A DNA stretch of 58,647 nt, the filler included, from Circinaria calcarea (lineage: Eukaryota): assembly GCA_051942165.1 (NCBI GenBank). It is 3 parts of 3 records of this genome, joined end to end, with 100 filler letters (N's around TTAATTAATTAA, not from the genome) between each part and the next. Parts side by side here need not be neighbours in the genome. Positions count along the whole stretch, not along the records: positions 39,220 to 58,647 come from JAVECS010000207.1; 2 more parts are not named here. One strand, given 5' to 3'. The translations under genes were made by a program, and so were the position numbers. Shown here in pieces: positions 49,559 through 58,647 of the stretch. The notes under the pieces were generated by a model, which searched no databases, was not told where the DNA came from, and worked only from the letters and a program-made list of their open reading frames with translations. The first letter of the stretch is position 1; each line of letters opens with the position of its first letter.

Positions 49559-52500
49559 ATGCCATCAATCAAACCCGTGACTGCGTTGGCGTTCGTAAAA
49601 TGTGGGCAGAGCCTGCTGCTGCTGGCCGGCGAAGGATCTTCACTTCGTGTCTTTGATCACAAAACGTCCGAACTTCTCCAGTCGCTGGAGGTACTCCTTA
49701 CAGAAAACATCCACGGTATTGAGGGTTGTGATGATGATAGCAGATTCGGTGATGATATTACTTCAGGTCGGTCGAGTTGCTTGGTGTGGGGCAGTAGATC
49801 CGTACGTATGGTGCAGCTGGAGAGTCAACCAGACAGACATGGAAAGTATCTGGTCCAGTGTAAACTCATCACGGAAAGGTTACAACTCGTTGACTGGATC
49901 TTGAACGTGTGCTATTGGCCGACAATCAGCAAGTCTGCTGGGAGAACTTCTTTAGAGTTCGCCGTTTTGACAGCCCACAATGTTCTCTTCTTATTATCTT
50001 CACCCATCCCCTCTACGTTTAATGAGCATACTTCATTCACAGCTGTACCACTCTCAGCAGGGCCACTCTCTGTTTTGTACTCCGGACACTTGATCTGCGT
50101 TGATTCTGATCGACTATTGGTCGCCTCAGGCACAGTTTTCGGAGAGATACTGGTGTGGACTTGCACCGGAGACTTTGGACTATCGAGTCAAAGTGGCATG
50201 GGAACAGGGCATTTGCTCCATTGTTTCACTGGCCATGAAGGATCTATTTTCGGTGTCAGGATCTCTAATGTCCTTAATGGCGACGGAGTTGACCATCCAC
50301 TACGCGTTGTGGTCAGCTGCAGTGATGACAGGACCATAAGGGTGTGGGATATCTCCGACATTGAAACTAAGCTGAACAGATTGGAGAATAGGCAAACTTT
50401 GAGTGCCATCGTCGAAACCGGCTCTGGAGTACACGAACTGGACGACGGTACCCATGAAAATCACTGCCTCACTACCGCAATGGGCCACTTGTCACGGATC
50501 TGGGGTTTGAGATTCTTACCCGGTTTCGGGCAGTCACGGAAGCTCTTATCGTATGGAGAAGATGCTACCAGCCATATCTGGCAGCTTGGCTTCCGCAAAT
50601 CCCTGGACCCAGCATCGAATATAAGTCCCTCTAGTTTATGTCTGGAAACTACGCACTGTCATCACGGGGGGAAGAATATTTGGGCGGTAGCTACTCATGA
50701 GGAAGCGAATAACAGCGCTATAGCTACAGGAGGTGCGGATGGACGTATTGTATCGTATTCTGCTCGTTTGGGAAAACCAGAAAAGGTCCAGGTCAGATTA
50801 CCAAGCCACGGAAAGATGTTCATTCATACCAAAGCTGAGGGCGTACAAGATATAGAAGCGGAGGAGACCAGCAATCTTGAGCAATCAAAAACCTTGACGT
50901 GGGCTGTTTTTCATTCTTTAGAAGGCAACTGGCAACTGAACCGAATTCTCAAAAGCGCGATACCGACTTATCCATCGGGAACGTTTCAAGGTACTGCTAC
51001 TTTGACAGTACGATCTCCAACAGATAATACCTATGACGGCGAGTACCTGTACATGGAAGAAGGTACGTTGGTAACTGAACAAGGCTTCACTCTTCAAGGT
51101 AGCCGACGGTATATCTATCGCTATCAGCAAAGCACGGATACTATTACTGCGTGGTTTGCTAAACCTGATACTGAAGCAGCTGATTATCTATTTCACAAAG
51201 TAGAGTTCCAAAGCAATGACAGGGATTTGTTTTGGCAAAAGCTAGACGAGCAAAGTAATGAGCTAAGAGCGACCGGTCATCATCTATGCGTTGAAGACCA
51301 CTATGATGCGACGTACATGTTCAACTATAAGTCTAGGGTCCTGGATAAATGGTCTGTTGGGTATGATGTTGCGGGACCGAAGAAGGACTACACCGCTAAT
51401 GCAGAGTATACGCGGATTCTTCTCGAACATAACACGACAAGGACAGCAGAAGGAAATGCGGAGATTATAAAGATCCCTACCTTGTCTGGAAACGCTGATC
51501 CTGCGGAATCTGGAACGCATGATGCACACGACTTACTCAAAAGTTACTCTTGGATCAACGAGTACGAACTACTAGCAACCACTGTTAAAGGTTGTGTCCT
51601 ACTAGGCCAGTTGCAAAAACAACCCACTTCCAGCCATGATCCCTTACAAGACTCACAGACGGAGACCGTCTCATGGACTGAAATTGCTCAATTGCCGGAT
51701 TTGAATTCTTATTCGCTGGTAACGAGCATTCCGGACCTTGAAGCTGGCTTGCTCAGTGGAACGGCAGGTATCGTCTATTTTTACCTGAATACTCGGAAGA
51801 CTGTCGAATTTATGGTGAAACTCCCCCGTAAGGTATCCAGTTTATTTTCCCAAGGGTTGTATGGACCATCAGCACACTCCATACTTAGTGGAGCTTCAAA
51901 GTCCGCAGGAATTGTCGCGGGGTGCCTTGGTTCTCTTGTAGCCTATGCATTCACTATCCATACCAATGATCTTTCCAAGGAGCATACCGCATCTCAGCTA
52001 ACTCAGCTTCAACTTCCACCCCATTTTATCGTTACCAGTGCTCACTGGATCGACCCTGGAAATCTTCTTGTCCTTGGTTCTCGAAATGGAGCAGTATGCT
52101 TTTACGATCTCTCCACCACACCCATCGAAGATGATACTGTGATAGCATCTGCTTGTTACAGTCATATCCACGGCGACGACGCAGTCACGGTTATCCAGAC
52201 CACACCAACCCAGGAGCTAACATCGAACCTTTCGATACTGACTGCGGGACGGAATGGTAGGTTTGCTGTACATCGTGTCCGGTTGGGGCGAGACCATGCG
52301 GCAACGAACATAAAACTTGAGACATTGCACATCTCTGACCTTCCTTTCGGCCCTAATATCGAGGGAGCTATGTTTGATGCTTCGACTGACGACGTAATAC
52401 TCTGGGGCTTCAGAAGTAAGCATTTCGTGGTTTGGAACGATACGCAGCAAAAGGAGACTATGAAAGTCGAATGTGGTGGATCGCACAGAAGCTGGGCTTA

Positions 52501-53822
52501 CCAGCACGGCAACCATGGAAATAATGGTGGTAAACTCATCTGGACTAAAGCTTCAACATGTCATATCCATACGCAAGCAGAAGCTTCTCATCATTTAATA
52601 CAACCAGGTAGCCACGGACGCGAAATCAAAGCTATGGCCGTGTTTTCATCGGAAAGAATAAGTGAAGCTCGCACGTCTGTCTTGATTGCTACAGGTGCCG
52701 AGGACACGACGATCCGTATCTTTAAATGCAATACAAACGAATCTGAACTGTCTTACGGCTTTGAATGCGAAGCAGTTATGAGGGATCATACCACCGGCAT
52801 CCAGCAGCTACGATGGTGTCCAGATGGAAGGTTCCTCTTCAGCGCTGCAGGATGCGAAGAGCTCTATGCCTGGCGAGTACGGTCCGTACCCTGCGTTGGC
52901 GTTGGGGTGGTCTGCCATGCAAGATGTCCGCAAGTTGCTGCGAATTCTGATCTGCGCGTCATGGATTTCGATATTAGCGTTAGGAACCATGAGATATCAA
53001 ACGGTCCGGTCCTCTTGAGTGTTGTATATTCTGACTCTTCGGTTCGGGTAAGCTATCTTACACTATCGAGGCGGCAGGGCTTGACGTATGCAGATCTGGC
53101 TCTTTGACACTACCACTATTAAGACCAAATTCGAGCTTCTGCTCGCTAGCACATACAATACCAGCTGCTTAACACAGGTGAGGCACCTCCGATTTGATGT
53201 CCAAAGCTTTCTCTTGACTGCCGGGACTGATGGTCATGTCACCTTTTGGCCCCTGAGTAAATTCGAAGGGAAGCAAGACGCACAAGGGAATGGTCAGGGG
53301 AACAAGCTGAACTCGGAACATCTATCGCCGCAAATGGAAATCTCTTGGCAAAAGCGCCATTTTATCCACCAGAGTTCTGTCAAATGTATGTCTGTCGTCT
53401 ATCTGTCAGATGAAGACGCTATCATCGCTACCGGAGGGGATGATAACTCCGTCGCACTAACGCGTCTAACAAAACCAATAACGGGTCTTGGCACGCCCAT
53501 TTGCTCAACTTTGCTGATGCGAAAGGCACACGCCTCGGCGGTCACTGCTATCCAACTTATTGCTCATCTTGAAACAGACAGCCTAGCAAACCAACATCGG
53601 TATCGCCTTCTGACATCGAGCAATGATCAAAGTCTCAAGTCTTGGACTTTCTCCGTTGACACCAGTAAAGGGGGCGTGAAAGGGTTTTCCGTGGCGAAAG
53701 AAGCAGATCTGCATACTGGGATAGCGGATGTGTCCTGCATGGAGGTTGTCGATAGTAATACCGGCAAAACGTCCGTCGTTATCGGAGGAATTGGATTGGA
53801 AACGTTGAGCATTGGTGGTTAA
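49559..53822 (+). CDS. RTT10: WDR6/Rtt10 (Trm734) WD40 protein with internal DUF6314-like insert, 2 exons
   Basis: VASGTVFGEILVW, GHEGSIFGV, SCSDDRTIRVW, GHLSRIW, VECGGSHRSW, HGREIK, TGAEDT, TGGDDN and AHASAVT. Intron 53048-53093. Confidence 0.88.
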
Positions 53823-55647
53823 AATAACGCTGCGGCTGCCTCTGTAGAGAGGGGAATTCCTGTCATAGCACGGGTTCACAACGAGGGCACCCGCCATTAA
53901 GCAACAGGCATGGGCGGATTCAACTTTGTATAGCTACTAGACCACAACGTTAAAAGCTAGTACGCGAGACGACCTAGACACTTGACCTCATCAACGCTGC
54001 TTCGGTTGCTTGTGATTTTCTCCAAACGCACCGCATTCATTTCACGGTCAACAGAATCTTAGCGCCCTTTTTTTGGTTATTTCGAAAGTGATGCAGTAAA
54101 ATGCAGTTAGTGATCGGTAAAGGATTATACCTATAGAAATATATGTAATCAGTATAGTATCTTATCCAGTACCATTGGATGGTCTACCTATTCCGAGCGC
54201 TGAGCTTATTTTGGAACGTCAGCCCGTGAGCTTGTTTAATTTTCGTCACTTACGTCAGGAAGCGCGCCGGCGGACTAGACCAAAGTACGGGAGATTACAG
54301 AGTACAGGATGTGAGTAGGAGGGTGGTCCATGCGGCGGGTATATAATTCTGGGCATGGTCTCTACCAGGAATCCCAACTCCATATTATCTTGTCGTTCCC
54401 GCATCTCCTGCTTCATCATATTGTCTTCGCTCTGCTGCTTTCTTCCTGTGTGAGTATGAGACGGGACCTCGTTTTTGTTAGAACTCCGGGATGTACATCT
54501 TAGGCGCGCTGTGCTTCACCCCTCTTCAAGAGAGCGTGACTATGTCAGGTCCATGTCCCTCTCAACGAGACCATTGTTCATCACGGACAATGTGTCAATG
54601 CGTGTCAGCCATCCTAGTGGGTCCCCCTTTTTATGTTCTGCCACATTATACTCGCCCAGACGTTACAGGTACGTGCATGGTAAAAATCACATTGACGGAT
54701 GGTAACATTGCTGCTTTTTTAATTGCCGGCTAAGCTGGGTCCTCCACTATGGAGCGACACTTTTCAAAGCTCCAGCAGCATAGGATTGAGATGGATCAAG
54801 GAGAGGCAGACAAGCGCAAAACTTCGCTTCTGTGTCTCTTAGTATAATAAAAACCGTAGGAGAACATTAACGAGTAACGGATATTATCACTTGAATTACT
54901 CGGTTGCTGCAAACCGAGATGTTATCATTGATGGTTAGGGGAGATAGACCGAGGTCACAGATAACTGGCCGCAGTGGGAGAGAAGCCTTTAGCGTGGGAA
55001 GGAGCCAAGTTCTCGTGAGAGTCACAAGTAGGGTCCCTGTTAGGACGTTTAGTGGCGGCGGAACAGTGTCAGCTCAGGGAGAGGATTCAGGTTTAAACGC
55101 TTGTGCGTTGACGAATGATTAAGCATTTATAACCCTGTTTTAACGTATGGCACCTTTTCGGAGTGCACATGAAACAAAATTAGTTGAAAGGTTACTGAGT
55201 AAAATTGATAAGAAAAACTCAATTCACTCTGTTGAAGCTATACACGTGTCACAAATAACGTTGATTCTTGTCCGCTGGTTCCAATCAGGTTAGCTCCACT
55301 GCCACGTTTTGAATACCTGCAGGCTAGAATAAGCGAGATCGTAGCTCCGGGCGCTTGAGCTCCCTTGTTACTTCTTGGGGTTGGATTGTGGATGCCTCTG
55401 GAGAGATAAGCGCATTAAGCTGTCAAGGGCTCCTAAACGTTCGAACTTCCATCTCGGTGGCAAAGCAAACTCAGTCTCCACAACCTGAGAGTTCAGCTCA
55501 CTTTGGATGCTGTTTCGAAAAACTATCTCTGCCCAAGGCAAGCAAGGGGTATCCGCCCATCACGCATGCCCTGGATTGCAAGCGTGTGGAGGGAATGGGA
55601 ATGTTGTTGAAAAGCGGAGGTAGCAATCGTGACTGCTGCCTTGGAAG

Positions 55648-58373
55648 ATGTGGACCCTAGAATGTGATGGAGACATACTGGAAGGTAAGGTAGACTGCCA
55701 ACTCCACCAGTCTAAGCTAATCGAGTTGCTAGGCAAGCGGATCTGGCTTCGGCCGGGACAGAGTTATCTTTTCGGGAGGACAAAAGTGGACGGAGGAAAG
55801 TATAGTGAGTATATGGTTCTATGGGATTCGAAAGTCCTTGCTAACGGCTCGAAGAAAGTTGGGGAATTGCACATAAAACGGTGTCCCGAAAACACCTCAC
55901 GCTCTCAGTGTCTGCTATTAAACCAGGCGAAGGGGTAAGCTGGTTTAATCTTTAGTCTGCAGGAACACAATCTCATACAAGCAGTCCTCCATCCACACCC
56001 GGTCAGAGGTTACAGTCGAGGATGGAAGGACCAAATTCGGCACGGAGGTCGACGGCGAGACACTTTTGGTTTCTGATACCATTGAAGAGAATGTCAATGG
56101 TAAAAAGGAACTTGTCAGGAAACTTGTGCACGGTGGATCCAAGATCCTTAAGAACAACGAACATGTGATTAAGCTTGGCAAATATGAGCATCTATTCAGG
56201 TAACTACTTCCATCATGCCGTTCGAGCCTCCGCTGATGACATCCTAAAGGATCAAGTGGCAGCCTGTCGTGCTATCGTTTCAATTCCCCACCAAAAAAAC
56301 GAAAAGAACTGAAGACCCATTGATTGCGGTACGGGCTCGTCTCAAGGACTTGGACATTAAGACAATTATCCCTTATGTCATTGACAAAACAACACACGTC
56401 GTTGCCAACAAGCGAAACACGGCGAAAGGTTTACAGGCTCTCATAAATGGCAAGTTCATCGTTCAAGACTCCTTCCTCGATGCCATTGTATATGCAACTA
56501 CCCCCGGAAACCTTGACGAACCAGAAAGTCTCTCTCCACTCGAAGAAGACTTTGACGCCAACTGGCCTGATGCAAGAGATCACTTGCCTCCTCCTAGTAA
56601 AGAACCTGGCCAGCGATCTGCTGAATTGTTTGCACCAAATCCTGCACGAAGGAATGTGTTCGATGGTTACACATTCGTCTTTCTTGAACAGTTGCAGATG
56701 GATACGTTACATGCCGTCATTACCAATGGCGGAGGGAAAGCACTCCTCTTCAGCGTTGTACCCGGAGATACTACATCTGAAGAGATTGTGCGATTTGTAA
56801 AGAATGCTGCAGGTGAAAAAGGCTTGGGTGAGTTCGAAGATAGAAGTGAAGGTAAAGGTGTCGTGGTCGTCAAATTCCGTCTCATTAGTGGATTTGAAGA
56901 TTGGACAATACAAACTCAACAACAGGTTGCCTTGGCGCTTGACCAAAGATTGATAGAACAGAACGAGTTTCTCGATGTCATTCTCACGAATGACCCAAGT
57001 AAGCTTCGGAGACCTTTACCGGTTGAAGATGTCGAGGTAAACGAGACACCTAACCTGACAGCTGGTATTTAACTCGTATCGTTCTGCAAGATGCTGTCTA
57101 ATCCAGTGGAAATAGCATTTATTCAGAAGAGGAGCTCAAGGCAACATTCACCAGCAGTTGAAGAACCACCCTCCGCACTGCCAGAAATTGCGCAGCCACC
57201 AACAAGGCGAACGAGGATCCGCGGGACTATTGTCAGCCAGTTCAAGGGGTTTGACGATGGATTCGAGCCGTCAACATTCTCTATGCCGAAGAGAGAGTTC
57301 GGAGGTAGCTCCCAAAGCGCATTTCCAAACGGAGCATCACAGCAGAACTCTGTATGTAACAGATCTATTTCCGATGATGCAATACTAACCGTGTGTAGTA
57401 CGGAGTATCATTTGCGGACTCTGCAATGGACTCTGAGTCTCAGGAGGTTGACGAAAGCATCACTCAAACAAGGATGTCTAAGAAGCGGCCGCTACCATCA
57501 GATGATGAGGACGAAGATGAGATGAACGAAAATATGTTACCAGCTGCTGCTGCGATGAAGCGACGTCGAATAGAAGAAGAGAAAGAGGCTCGGCGGAAGG
57601 GGTTGTCCATGGAACCGTCGTCTGAGAAACCAAAGGAGCCAGAAGTCCAGTCCATGAAGCCCAAACCGCGGAAAGAAGTCAATATTCAAGATGTGGTTCG
57701 AGAAAGGAGGGAGAAGGAGGAAGAGGCTGCAAGGCGTGACGAGGAGGACTTGCGCAATCCACTTGACGGGATGAATGTCGATGACATGAAGCACCTGGCG
57801 ATAGTTGAGGAGATGGAAGTTAAAGAACGGACAGATCGGCCACAGCGCAACGTAGCTCATCTAACCAACGATCGTTGGGACGATCAATGGAACGGACGGA
57901 AGAATTTCAAGAAATTCCGACGCAGAGGCGAAGGAACCCAACCGCGGCGTGGGAAGAGCGTCATGATCGCACTTGAGGAAGTTAAAAAGAAAGATTATGG
58001 CATCGGGGAGGGTTATTGGCTGGAAAGCGAGAAATCGCAGAGAAAGCGAAAAAGGGATGAAGGCGCAAGCCAGTCCCAAAGCCAACCTTTTACCACTACT
58101 AGGAGTCAACGAGCCGAGGTACCGGGGGAACTTACCGATGGGACCGACAACGAAGTCATTGACGTCGACGCGCCCAGGACGACAAGACGTGGTGACAAAA
58201 CCAAGACGGCGGAGCAGAAGACAAGCCACACGGCGAATGAGCATGGTAAGAGACCAGCGCCTACGCAGGGAAGAGGAAGGCCTCCGAAGGTACAAAAGAC
58301 ACTTACCACTAGGGAGTCAGATAGCGATACCGAAGATGAGCTGAAATTTAAGTTTGTAAAGAATAGAAAGTAG
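55648..58373 (+). CDS. NBS1: Nbs1/Xrs2 (nibrin) FHA-BRCT DNA damage protein, multi-exon
   Basis: N-terminal FHA (WLRPG..YLFGR, VSRKH, TKFGT), BRCT (TTHVV..KRNTAKGLQALING), the Mre11-binding WNGRKNFKKFRR motif and an acidic C-terminal FKF Tel1/ATM-binding motif. Confidence 0.92.
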
Positions 58374-58520
58374 AGGTAGCTAAAGATTAGAATATATCTG
58401 GTCAATTCTACTGTTATATATTCTGTCCATTTGTGCATCTCTTATTCTTTTACATCATAGGAAACGTTTTTCAATAGCAATATCACGTATCTCGAACACC
58501 TACCCACGCCCGGGATACCC

Positions 58521-58589
58521 ACGCTCTCCATACCTCACGCTCTCCATACCTCACGCTCTCCATACCTCACGCTCTCCATACCTCACGCT
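58521..58589 (+). repeat. 16-bp minisatellite (ACGCTCTCCATACCTC) x4.3
   Basis: Four perfect copies plus a partial copy near the contig end. Confidence 0.95.
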
Positions 58590-58647
58590 TCTTCACACAA
58601 TCTCCGCTCATCCATGTTTCCCTCGAGCAGAATTCCCTTAACCTGTC

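Noticed and set aside
55114..55198. Possible box C/D snoRNA (ATGATTA...CTGA)
   Set aside because: Imperfect C box and only an 8-nt rRNA-complementary stretch, which is within chance.
204..58438. Numerous antisense and overlapping ORFs in the six-frame track
   Set aside because: They are shadows of real genes on the opposite strand or in another frame.

Overview
Filamentous ascomycete (Pezizomycotina) genomic DNA with spliceosomal introns. It is three separate contigs (1-19510, 19611-39119, 39220-58647) joined by artificial N44-TTAATTAATTAA-N44 linkers, so neighbours across the linkers are probably not real. Contig 1 is housekeeping: ERV29/SURF4, two hypothetical proteins, a likely RNase MRP RNA gene, a PIR-motif GPI cell-wall protein, NOP4, a small Cys/His protein, and a secreted-type agmatinase with four consecutive micro-exons. 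Contig 2 is accessory: a RIP-destroyed Crypton (tyrosine recombinase plus GCR1_C), then a candidate secondary-metabolite module with no backbone synthase in view. That module has a bicovalent-FAD BBE-like oxidase, a Nor-1-like SDR, an MBOAT acyltransferase and a TOXE-like basic-region/ankyrin regulator, and is interrupted by a TA-flanked TIR element with a nested MITE-like insert. A MARVEL-like gene and a PD-(D/E)XK-like DUF gene follow. Contig 3 has an F-box-like gene, a SUR7/PalI gene, the H3K27 methyltransferase KMT6/SET-7, a WDR6/Rtt10 gene with an in-frame DUF6314-like insert, and NBS1. All family calls come from motif recognition by eye; no database searches were run.
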